From the NCBI RefSeq assembly GCF_001194135.2, contig NC_068988.1, positions 57,584,783 through 57,622,468 of the forward strand: a stretch of 37,686 nucleotides of DNA, read 5' to 3'. Origin of the DNA: Octopus bimaculoides (lineage: Eukaryota). Under the pieces are notes generated by a model. It saw only the letters and a list, made by a program, of their open reading frames with translations. It did not search any database and was not told where the DNA came from. The translations under genes were made by a program, and so were the position numbers. The first letter of the stretch is position 1, and every line of letters starts with the position of its first letter. This document shows positions 1 to 9,282 of this stretch, in pieces.

Positions 1-388
1 GGGGGGATGCATTAAAAGAGAAAGGGAGAAGAATGAAATGAGGAAAGGAGAGAAAGGAACGAGAAAGGGAGCAGGTGGAGGAGGGGGGGGGAGAGAAAAG
101 CGAAAGTGTTGAATGAATGAGAAAAATGAAAGAATGAGAAACAAAAACAGATTTAAAAAATGTAATAAGTGAATATATATAAAAATGTAAATAGAATGAC
201 AGCAAGTGTTAGTGATAGTACAGTACAAATTAAATGGAATTAAAGTGAGTGTTAGTGTTAATAGTACCTACTTAAATGGAATAGAAGTGTATGTTAGTGA
301 TGGCATGTGGTTAATAGAGCACCTCTATTAAAATAGAATGAAAGTGTTTGTTAGTATATATATGTATATATATATGTATATATATACG

Positions 389-515
389 CAGGGTGTCCAC
401 AAAGTCTGGCTACATGGAGTAAATAGAATCATAACATAAACAATTAAATATAAGAAATAATAATTTCTTAAAGTATGTGTTAATCCCCGTGTACCCAGAC
501 TTTGTGGACACCCTG
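389..515. mobile_element. Tc1/mariner-type MITE, 127 bp
   Basis: TIR CAGGGTGTCCACAAAGTCTGGCTACATGG at 389-417 matches the reverse complement of 487-515 at 27/29 positions. TA follows the right end (516-517); the left flank is TA-rich but reads CG. AT-rich non-coding interior. Confidence 0.85.
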
Positions 516-654
516 TATGTANNNNNNNNNNNNNNNNNNNNNNNNNNNNNNNNNNNNNNNNNNNNNNNNNNNNNNNNNNNNNNNNNNNNNNNNNNNNNNN
601 NNNNNNNNNNNNNNNNNNNNNNNNNNNNNNNNNNNNNNNNTATACATATGTCTG

Positions 655-1470
655 TATGAGTTAGAGGTTAAGCAACCATCTAAGGGATAACAAATATCCA
701 ATCTACTGCTGGTATTTATATCCAAGTGTTTACTATTGCAAGGCAGTATCGCAATTGAATACTAAGTATGAGGTGGGTAAAACAGGAATTTACCCAGAAT
801 TTTCTTATTTGCCTTATATATATATATAATCCAAGAGAGTTAGGGGTTGTGAATCCAACCCACTAAGGGATATTATCTATCCAATATACTGCTGGGAGGG
901 TACCCAATAATATTTTTACACTAGAGTTTTTACCAAGTGCAATAAATGGGTGCGGGTAAAAGGAGGTTTTACCCTAAATTTATATAGCAATAAGAAAATG
1001 GAGGGGAATATGTGGTACTCATCAACCTTGGTGTCTAGAAGGCCCAAAGAGTGGCAGGTAATGCTAAGTAAGTAAGTAAGACCCTTTCAAATGAGCAACA
1101 CAGAATCCAAGGCTGCATACTTTGAAATGACTACATGGACTACTATTGGAACTTACATACCATGTACAGGAAATATTTTTACCACTTCTATACACCAATT
1201 TCCTCGAATAATGGAACTACAACTACAATATCTTTATATATCTTATATTCTACTTCCACTTTCATTCTCTTATTTCCCTCTATATTCCCTATCTCTGCCT
1301 TTTCCATAATAATTCCTTATTTCGAACTCTAATATTTCCCTCTATTTAACCATCTCACATCGTCTCTGATGAAGGGATATCCATAATATTCCAGAAGCAG
1401 CTGCAAGACTATATCTATATTTTTTTCCTTATAAATGTCCTGAGAACTCATCACAGCCTTGGGTTAGTTA
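655..1470 (+). mobile_element. Penelope-like element remnant (pLTR-like), two diverged ~178 bp tandem units upstream
   Basis: Units starting GAGTTAG(A/G)GGTT at about 659 and 837 share CTAAGGGATA-N5-TATCCAAT(C/A)TACTGCTGG and GGGTAAAA..GGA..TTTACCC. A minimal hammerhead motif lies at 1362-1409. Partial tandem repeats plus a minimal hammerhead are hallmarks of PLEs. No RT or GIY-YIG ORF is recognisable. Confidence 0.55.
1362..1409 (+). ncRNA. minimal type I hammerhead ribozyme-like motif (core variant, probably inactive)
   Basis: GTCT / CTGATGA / A / GGGATAT-ccata-ATATTCC / A / GAAG / CAGCTG / CA / AGAC. Stem I is GTCT:AGAC, the CUGAUGA core is intact, stem II has 7 bp, and stem III is palindromic. 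The order is that of a type I hammerhead. Confidence 0.65.
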
Positions 1471-1610
1471 TCTCATTTTGTCTAATATATATATATATAC
1501 ACACATAAATGATATGTATGTATACATGTGTGTATGTGTGTGTGTGTATAATATATATGTGTTTATGTATGTATATATATATATATGTATATGTATATAC
1601 AAAGAAAAGA

Positions 1611-1690
1611 TACTGCCCAGTTTGGTAATTGAACCCACAATCTAGCAATCATGAATGCAACAGCCTAACCACTAGGCCATATGCCTTCAC
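1611..1690 (-). mobile_element. tRNA-derived SINE head (family C), CpG-decayed
   Basis: Reverse complement GTGAAGGCATATGGCCTAGTGGTTAGG...GTGGGTTCAATTACC has A-box-like and B-box-like motifs. It resembles the heads at 35795 and 36870. Confidence 0.6.
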
Positions 1691-1704
1691 ACATATGTAT
1701 GCAT

Positions 1705-1918
1705 GTGTCTGTGTGTGTCCCTCACTACTGCTTGACAGTATTGGTGTGTTTACGGCCATAACTCCATAACTTAGCAGTTCGGCCAAAGTGACCGACAGAA
1801 TAAGTACCAGGCTTTAAAAAATAAGTCCCCGGCTCAATTCATTCGATTAAAAATTCATCAAGGCAGTGCCCCAGCATGGCCACAACCAAATGACTGGAAC
1901 AAGTAAAAGATTAAAGAT
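1705..1918 (+). mobile_element. SINE family A 3' module (solo, diverged)
   Basis: Contains TAACTTAGCAGTTCGG, AATAAGTACCAGG, GGCAGTGCCCCAGCATGGCC and ACAAGTAAAAGA, as in the tail of the full copy at 13455-13960. Confidence 0.8.
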
Positions 1919-2118
1919 AGATGATAGCAAATAGAAGACAGTGTCAGTAAGTGTTAAATAGTACAAACCTGCCTAAGTACACTGATAGTGTGCATCCGTA
2001 GTGGCAGTGTTAATAGTACAGTTCTACTTAAAAGATACAATTGAAAGTCTTCTGTTATAAAGGGACCATCTTCTTTCATGTGTTACTGATGAACTAGCTG
2101 ACCATGTGCCATCAATAA

Positions 2119-2179
2119 TTATGGCTAATTGTAGTATTTTATATATAAATAAGGTACAAAATACTACAATTAGCCATAA
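2119..2179. repeat. perfect 22 bp inverted repeat, 17 nt spacer
   Basis: TTATGGCTAATTGTAGTATTTT (2119-2140) is the exact reverse complement of 2158-2179. Confidence 0.9.
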
Positions 2180-2499
2180 AGTACATAATAATCACACATA
2201 CAAACATTCACATATTTCCCTTGTACATGCACACATATACACATGTATACCTTACACAGAGTTCAAATGCTGATTTTCTTTTTCACCCCTTCCTTCATTA
2301 TTCATCTATTACCCCCTTCCTTTCTCTCACTGTTATTACTTTCTCTCACTCCCTCTCAGTCAGGGCTATTACTCTCACTACTTCTCCTTCACTGAATTAT
2401 TAGTTTCTCTCCTCTTCCGCGTCCGGCGTGATTCTGGACAAATATATATATACACACAAATATATAAAAACACTACACTCATTATCATATTAGGAAATT

Positions 2500-3001
2500 A
2501 TTGATACCATCACCATCATCACCACTACTACTGACATTGAATATGTTGTCGGTGGTGGTGGTGGTGGTGATAAAGATAATGGCAGTATTGGTGACAGTGG
2601 TGATGATGGTGATGGTGATGATGATATCCATGATGCTGATGCTGTTTTTGTTTTGTTGTTTTTTTTTTTTGGTTTGCATTTATTTTGAGTGGGGGAGCAT
2701 GGCTTTAGTCTGGAGTGGAGGAAAAAGAAAATATACCCATAGTACCACTACCACAACCAGCATTGCAAAAACCACTGCCACCATCACCATAATCATCATC
2801 AGCTGCCATGGATGGTAGTGGTGGTGGAGCTGGTGGTGATGGGGACATGCATGAAGAAGATAATGCTTCTGGTCGAGTGGTAATGGTCATAAGGGACAAT
2901 GGTGATGGTGAAGATGATAGCACTGTAGCAGATGATGAAGAAGGTGAAAATGATGATGATGATGGTGATGATGATGATGGTGATGATGATGATGATGATG
3001 T
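2500..3001. repeat. mixed trinucleotide microsatellites (GGT/GAT/ACC)
   Basis: Direct reading. These tracts produce the poly-V, poly-D and poly-T ORFs in the track. Confidence 0.9.
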
Positions 3002-3380
3002 CTATAGTGTTCTGATATAAACGTATACACATATAAACGCGTCAAACAAACTAACACACATGCGTGTCACCACTATCAGCACCAGATGGACAGCTGATGC
3101 GATGCCACATGTAAAGTCCGAAAATGCTCTATCACCTTTTCCTTCATATCATCATCATCATTCTCATCTTAACATCCACTTTTCCATGTTTGCATGGCTC
3201 AGCTGAGATCTGCCAACAAGCGAGATAATTAGCATTTCCCTATGACCAGATGTATTTTTACAGTAGACTGGGAATGAAGGTTACCACTTCTACAATAATG
3301 ATACTTGTTTATAACTAACCTGCGGTGCCAAGACAAGGAGACACACAGACATACACACACACGTGTATGTATATATATAT

Positions 3381-3712
3381 CATCAGCATCATCGCTGTCG
3401 TTTAATGTTCGCTTTCCATGCTGGCATGGGTTGGACGGTTTGACTGGGGGCTGGCAAGCCAGAAGTCTGTACCAGGCTCCAATCTAATCTGGCAAAGTTT
3501 CTACAGCTGGATGCCCTTCCTAATGCCAACCACTCCAAGGGTGTAGTGGGTACTTTTAATGTGCCATCGGCACGAGGGCCAGTCAGGCGGTACTGGCATT
3601 GACCACGCTTGAATAGTGCTTTTTACGTGCCACCAGCATGGGAGTCAGTCAGGCAGCAGTGGCAACAACCACGCTCAAATGGTGCTTTTAACATGCCACT
3701 GGCACGGGTGCC
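3381..3712 (-). mobile_element. RTE-like LINE 3' end or derived short element, with internal ~66 bp tandem (about 2.5 units)
   Basis: The reverse complement ends ...AGGAAGGGCATCCAGCTGTAGAAAC...CCCATGCCAGCATGGAAAGCGAACATTAAACGAC followed by GAT-type repeats, like 3808-4085 and 34285-34457. Tandem unit GG(T/G)(A/G)CTTTT.ACGTGCCAC...CCACGCT at 3548-3712. RTE assignment is from recall. Confidence 0.7.
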
Positions 3713-3807
3713 AATTGGTCGGTGCACATATGTGTGTGTGTGTGTGTGTATACATACATATATAAATATACACATATATATGCACACACACACACACACA
3801 TATGACA

Positions 3808-4084
3808 TTGGCAACATAGTCATGGTCATTGCCAGTAAATGACACGCATGAAAATGTCATGGCCTTTGCCGGTGTTGTATAATTGACACCTGTGCCAGTG
3901 GCATGTATAAAGCACCCATTACACTCTTGGGGTGGTTGGCATTAGGAAGGGCATCCAGCTGTAGAAACCATGTCAAATCAGACTGGAACCTGGGGCAGGT
4001 CTCTGGTTTACCAGTTCCACTCAATCCATCTAACCCATGTCAGCAATAGAAAACAGACGTTAAATGATGATGATGATGATGACG

Positions 4085-4085
<1 letters not shown>
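3808..4085 (+). mobile_element. RTE-like LINE 3' end, CpG-decayed
   Basis: GGTTGGCATTAGGAAGGGCATCCAGCTGTAGAAAC...CAGACGTTAAAT(GAT)n. Inverted relative to 3381-3712. Confidence 0.75.
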
Positions 4086-4120
<35 letters not shown>

Positions 4121-5035
4121 NNNNNNNNNNNNNNNNNNNNNNNNNNNNNNNNNNNNNNNNNNNNNNNNNNNNNNNNNNNNNNNNNNNNNNNNNNNNNNNN
4201 NNNNNNNNNNNNNNNNNNNNNNNNNNNNNNNNNNNNNNNNNNNNNNNNNNNNNNNNNNNNNNNNNNNNNNNNNNNNNNNNNNNNNNNNNNNNNNNNNNNN
4301 NNNNNNNNNNNNNNNNNNNNNNNNNNNNNNNNNNNNNNNNNNNNNNNNNNNNNNNNNNNNNNNNNNNNNNNNNNNNNNNNNNNNNNNNNNNNNNNNNNNN
4401 NNNNNNNNNNNNNNNNNNNNNNNNNNNNNNNNNNNNNNNNNNNNNNNNNNNNNNNNNNNNNNNNNNNNNNNNNNNNNNNNNNNNNNNNNNNNNNNNNNNN
4501 NNNNNNNNNNNNNNNNNNNNNNNNNNNNNNNNNNNNNNNNNNNNNNNNNNNNNNNNNNNNNNNNNNNNNNNNNNNNNNNNNNNNNNNNNNNNNNNNNNNN
4601 NNNNNNNNNNNNNNNNNNNNNNNNNNNNNNNNNNNNNNNNNNNNNNNNNNNNNNNNNNNNNNNNNNNNNNNNNNNNNNNNNNNNNNNNNNNNNNNNNNNN
4701 NNNNNNNNNNNNNNNNNNNNNNNNNNNNNNNNNNNNNNNNNNNNNNNNNNNNNNNNNNNNNNNNNNNATATATATATATATATACAATATATACACATGA
4801 TAAGCTTCTTTCAGTTTCCCTTCAGCAAATTCCATCATGTAGCTTAGGTTGGTCCAGGAATTCAGTGAGATTGAATCCAAAATAGGCACTCATGTTGATA
4901 AGCATTAACAAGCTATGCCTACCACTAGTAACTTCACTTACATACAAGTATCCCTTCACAAAAGATTGCTTAATTTAATAATCTTTGCATTGCTAATATG
5001 TGTATATGTGCACTTAGTGATTAATACACATAATA

Positions 5036-5180
5036 TTCTTTTGTACTCTAGGCACAAGGCTCGAAATTTGTGGGGAGGGGGCCAGCCAATTAGATCAACT
5101 TTAGTATGCAACTGGTACTTGATTTATCGACCCCGAAAGGATGAAAGGCTAAGTTGATTTCAACGGAATTTGAACTCAGA
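5036..5180 (-). mobile_element. tRNA-derived SINE family B, 3' two-thirds
   Basis: Reverse complement TCTGAGTTCAAATTCCG...CCTTTCATCCTTTCGGGGTCGATAAATCAAGTACCAGTTGCATAC...TTGTGCCTAGAGTAC. Related copies at 9283-9628 and 9648-9790. Confidence 0.75.
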
Positions 5181-5966
5181 TTCGCGACACCCTTGAAGCC
5201 AGGAACTTTTCAGCATATGTAAACAGCGGCTGAAGATTGAAACAATAACAAACAAACAAAAAGGAAACAAAAAACAAAGGAAGCCAACCGGAAGTGCATG
5301 CATGAACGTAAATAAATACCTCTGAATGAACTGGAAATTAGAAAGAAATGTGTTGGAGTCGACAGGAACAAAAAACTATTAACCGCAAAGTAAGACATCC
5401 GCAATTGTGTAATATTTAAGATGATGTTTATAAACATAGCAATTCGGATTTCGTTAGATTTCTTCAAGACTGTAGTTTTCCTTGCTGATGATGAAAATCG
5501 CATTCATTCATTTTTTTGTCTTATTTCGAGAAATAAAGAATAAAGTTACAAACATTTAAAATATCATGTAATTTCTTTATTGTTAATTTCTCGACAAAAT
5601 GAAAGCAATTTACGTCATCAGGTGGTTGGAAGAAATTGAACAGGATCCAGTAATTCTGGTAGTTAGGAAACGGAGCGATCTTAAGTTTTTTTTATGGGCA
5701 AATAATGGTGAGCAATAAAGAGTTAAGAAGTAGGATGAATGAAAGTCAATGAAAATCATAATCGACAATAAAATGAAACTGAAAAAGGTACCATATTTTA
5801 TTGCGTGGAAGAAGAACGGAACGTATTGACTGATTACAGCAGCACATCATTTAACAGCTAATTAATCCAGACGATACATAACCGACTCAATGGTAGTTCG
5901 AGTATTACTAGATATATGGTAAATATCCTAGCATAGCAACACAAGTGTGCCCCCCCCCCCCCATGG

Positions 5967-6390
5967 ACTTTGTTTACTCATAACCTGCAGAAAAATAGAT
6001 ATTTTGTAATAGAATTTTTATACAAATACTTTTCAGATGGTATAGATTCTGATTATATCGGAATTCGTTTTGGAATTTTTTTCGGAGGCAGCAGGAGTTT
6101 CAGATAATTCGCAGGAATCGACTTTGTTTCCTCATAACTTTTTGAAAAATGGGTATTTTTTAACGCAATTTTCTACAAATATATTTGAGATGATGTAGAT
6201 TATAGGAATTTGTCGTGAAATTTTTTTTCGGACGTTGGAAGACTTAGTTTCCTCGTTAACTTTTACAAAAATGGGTAGTTTATTTAAACACCTTAAATTC
6301 GATATAATCAGAATCTACACCATTTGAAAGGTATTAATAGAAAATCTCATTAAAAAAAAAAAAACATCCATTTTTCTGAAAGTTATAAGG
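5967..6390. mobile_element. foldback-like non-autonomous DNA element with direct and inverted subrepeats
   Basis: Units starting GACTT(T/A)GTTT.CTC.TAAC at 5967, 6120 and 6241. Segment 5977-6065 (CTCATAAC...CAGATGGTATAGATTCTGATTATATCGGAATT) is inverted at 6296-6390 (AATTCGATATAATCAGAATCTACACCATTTG...AAGTTATAAGG). Superfamily not assigned. Confidence 0.6.
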
Positions 6391-6917
6391 ATGGGGGTAG
6401 ACAAAAGCTTGTAGCTATGCCAATGTCCCGTGGTAGATTTGTGTATTTCACTGATATGTCGATCATGAATTATGCCAAGATTTTTATTAGCCGGTTGGGT
6501 TTACTAGGTTCAGTTAGTTCTATTATATATAAACATAAACTTCCAGTTTCCCAGAGAAAAAATTTGAGTTTCATTTTATTAACGACTGTGTTATTTTCAT
6601 TCATTCCAGCTCCTTTCATGTCGTGCACCATTAAATATCCATAAAAGATCACCAAGGAAATATATGAATTATTGCGTGAAAGAATGCAAAATATCGTATA
6701 ATATTGATTTCTCACATTGACACAAGGTATCGCTTCGGAGTGAGGGCACTGGGTTTAAAAAAAAATAAATAAAGGTTGAGCTGGAAGGATTTGAACGCAG
6801 AAAGCTTTAACTAAATACTTCAGAATAATTGGTTCAACCAATGTACCACTAAATTGTCATTTAAATTACAGGGTACAAGTTTGACAGGTAAGAGTGTATG
6901 GGGTGGCGGTCAAACCA

Positions 6918-6997
6918 GCTTTTCTAAACCACCACGATCAACAGGCGCGAAATAAAAGGTTTTCTTTGTCCTGTTGATCGTGGTGGTTTGGACGAGC
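6918..6997. other. isolated long hairpin (28 bp stem, 20 bp perfect)
   Basis: AAACCACCACGATCAACAGG (6926-6945) pairs exactly with 6970-6989. The stem extends 8 bp outward with two G:U pairs and one mismatch. A second 8 bp hairpin TAGATTCG-gttt-CGAATCTA lies at 7007-7026. Confidence 0.85.
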
Positions 6998-7302
6998 GAG
7001 AATCCGTAGATTCGGTTTCGAATCTAAGCTTGGAGAAGGAAGAGTTAATTTTTACATATACCTAATTCACTTGAGCAAGACACACACCCACACACACAAG
7101 TACACGTATACATTTTAGTTCTTACATATATGTGTATTTATACATATACATGTGTGTGTATAGGCCTATATATACCTATACACACACATATACATGCATA
7201 CATACATACATACATAAATATATATACACACACACACCTGTATACCATGCATTTTATGTATGTGACTCGATGTAAAATAAAACAAAGCTTCGAGTTGTGT
7301 CC

Positions 7303-8024
7303 CTTTACGTCGAAAGCTAACTTAGTCATTCAATAAATAGAGATCGTTAAAATAAGGGCCAGACCGAAATAAGTACTAAGCGGCAAGGAGAATAATACAA
7401 AAACACACGAAAAGAAAACGGACAGCAGAACCCTAGTTTAGCAGAAGTCCAGTGACCGAAACCCGTAAGAGACAACTACAATCAAACACTTTTTGGAAAG
7501 GAATCAACTTCACAGACTCACCAATTATTTTGAGAGAGAAAAATCTGAATAATACAGGTGCAGGAGTGGCTGTGTGGTAAGTAGCTTGCTTATCAACCGC
7601 ATGGTTCCGGGTTCAGTCCCACTGCGTGGCACCTTGGGCAAGTGTCTTCTACTATAGCCTCGGGCAGACCAAAGCCTTGTGAGTGGATTTGGTAGACGGA
7701 AACTGAAAGAAGCCCGTCGTATATATATATATATATATNNNNNNNNNNNNNNNNNNNNNNNNNNNNNNNNNNNNNNNNNNNNNNNNNNNNNNNNNNNNNN
7801 NNNNNNNNNNNNNNNNNNNNNNNNNNNNNNNNNNNNNNNNNNNNNNNNNNNNNNNNNNNNNNNNNNNNNNNNNNNNNNNNNNNNNNNNNNNNNNNNNNNN
7901 NNNNNNNNNNNNNNNNNNNNNNNNNNNNNNNNNNNNNNNNNNNNNCTTTACGTCGAAAGCTAACTTAGTCATTCAATAAATAGAGATCGTTAAAATAAGG
8001 GCCAGACCGAAATAAGTACTAAGC
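7303..8024 (+). repeat. 79 bp exact direct repeat (7303-7381 and 7946-8024)
   Basis: CTTTACGTCGAAAGC...AAATAAGTACTAAGC is identical in both copies. The second copy abuts an N-gap and runs into a SINE A tail. Confidence 0.9.
7557..7720 (+). mobile_element. SINE family A head (tRNA-like + CORE-like)
   Basis: GGTGCAGGAGTGGCTGTGTGGTAAG (A box), GGTTCCGGGTTCAGTCCC (B box), then GCACCTTGGGCAAGTG, which resembles the start of the CORE domain. Followed by (AT)n and a gap. Confidence 0.85.
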
Positions 8025-8122
8025 TTACAAAGAATAAGTCCCGGGGTCGATTTGCTCGACTGAAGGCGGTGCCCCAGCATGACCGCAGTCAAATGACCGA
8101 AACAAGTAAAAGAGTAAAAGAG
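8010..8122 (+). mobile_element. SINE family A distal tail
   Basis: AATAAGTACTAAGCTTACAAAGAATAAGTCCCGGGGTCGATTTGCTCGACT...ACAAGTAAAAGAGTAAAAGAG. Confidence 0.85.
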
Positions 8123-8171
8123 ATGTTCTCCTCTACGACAATACGAATTAACAAGGAACACATGCATGTAC

Positions 8172-8735
8172 TCGCTCGGTCTGCTAGAAATAGCAGCCAA
8201 AGCCCCCCCCCCCTCAAGCCATAGCTAAATTCATACAGGCATGCATGCAAACATACATACATACATACTTATATACATATATGATAATATAAGGACAGGA
8301 TGGTCGCATCTGACACACCTTTGATCATAGGAGGTCTGCACGGTCAGGCTGACCTGGGGTTAAACAACAATAACTTTTCTGCATATAAACAGAAATCGAT
8401 ATTGCAGGAAACAGCCTGGAGTGAGTGTCCCATAGCAACGGTGATGATGACATTCAAACAGTGTGACACTATTTTCATCTTCACGTGCTGTCAGATCAAA
8501 GACTTGACGTCGACGTGCCGTCCAACCAATGAGTGAGACTCTGCGTAGTCACATGACTTGCGAGAATTAGCAGTCAAGTCTCTCTCTCTCTCTCTCTCAA
8601 ACTATATCCGACCTACTTTAGGAAACAGAATGTAACATTGGATAATATAGGCCTACATTATAGTGTCTGAATAAAAGATGGGATGGTCAATTCTGGAACG
8701 TCTTTTATCATAGGTCTAGTGAATCAGGATTTTCC
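8172..8735 (+). mobile_element. family X short repeat, two diverged copies
   Basis: CTGCTAGAAATAGCAGCCAAA, GGATGGTC...CCTTTGATCATAGG...GCTGACCTGGGGTTAAACAACAA. A second copy spans about 8555-8735. These motifs recur about 22 times in the window. Confidence 0.65.
8425..8533. promoter_or_regulatory. candidate cis-regulatory cluster (X-box-like, E-box, CRE-like, CCAAT)
   Basis: GTGTCCATAGCAAC 8425-8438, CACGTG 8482-8487, TGACGTC 8505-8511 and AACCAATGAG 8524-8533, in a CpG-retaining stretch with no recognisable repeat. Motif evidence only. Confidence 0.3.
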
Positions 8736-9282
8736 TGAGACAATACAATAGCAACTAGGAACGGAGTAATGGAACGTGGAACAACGAATATATAGAAAGC
8801 ATGAAAATACAGATCAAAGAGATCTGGTGAGAGGACGGAACCTTGCTATAGCAATGATAATACTGAGAGTTGGCAATGCCTCATTGCTTTGCAACCATAG
8901 TTTGTTTACAAACAGTTTACGTAAGTCACGTGGACATGCTAACAACAACATGAATTAATGATGTCAGCTGTTGATGCTGTTTAGCCCCGGGTCATCTTTG
9001 GTTGAAGAGATCTGTGATCAAAGGTACAACAGTAGCAAACATTCCGTCATTTTCGTATACCCAAAACAACATTGGCCAACGAGTCCAAGGCGGCTGGGTC
9101 TGTTTTGAGGGCTCATTGGCTGCTATTTCTAACAGGTCAAATGGAAATGCAAAAAGCTCTTAAAATCAGAAGAGAGTAACAGTGTCGTTAAGTCGGTTGA
9201 GCAACAAATGTTCAGTCACGAGTTTTACAGTGACACTCAGAACTCCAAGCAACGACTATCTATTGGTTATTTATGTCTATTT

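Noticed and set aside
2380-2432. possible minus-strand terminal exon ITPDAEEERNYNSVKEK*
   Set aside because: Only an acceptor-like TTTGTCCAG supports it; expected by chance in 37 kb.
5320-5330. possible 11 nt minus-strand micro-exon
   Set aside because: Good acceptor but a weak donor (GTATTT); too short to support from sequence alone.
6620-6705. short protein-like frame KITKEIYELLRERMQNIV
   Set aside because: Bounded by stops, with no usable splice sites in that frame and no family recognised.
7557-7630. tRNA-like sequences at SINE heads
   Set aside because: A and B boxes are present but there is no full cloverleaf, and each runs into a SINE body. Not called as tRNA genes.
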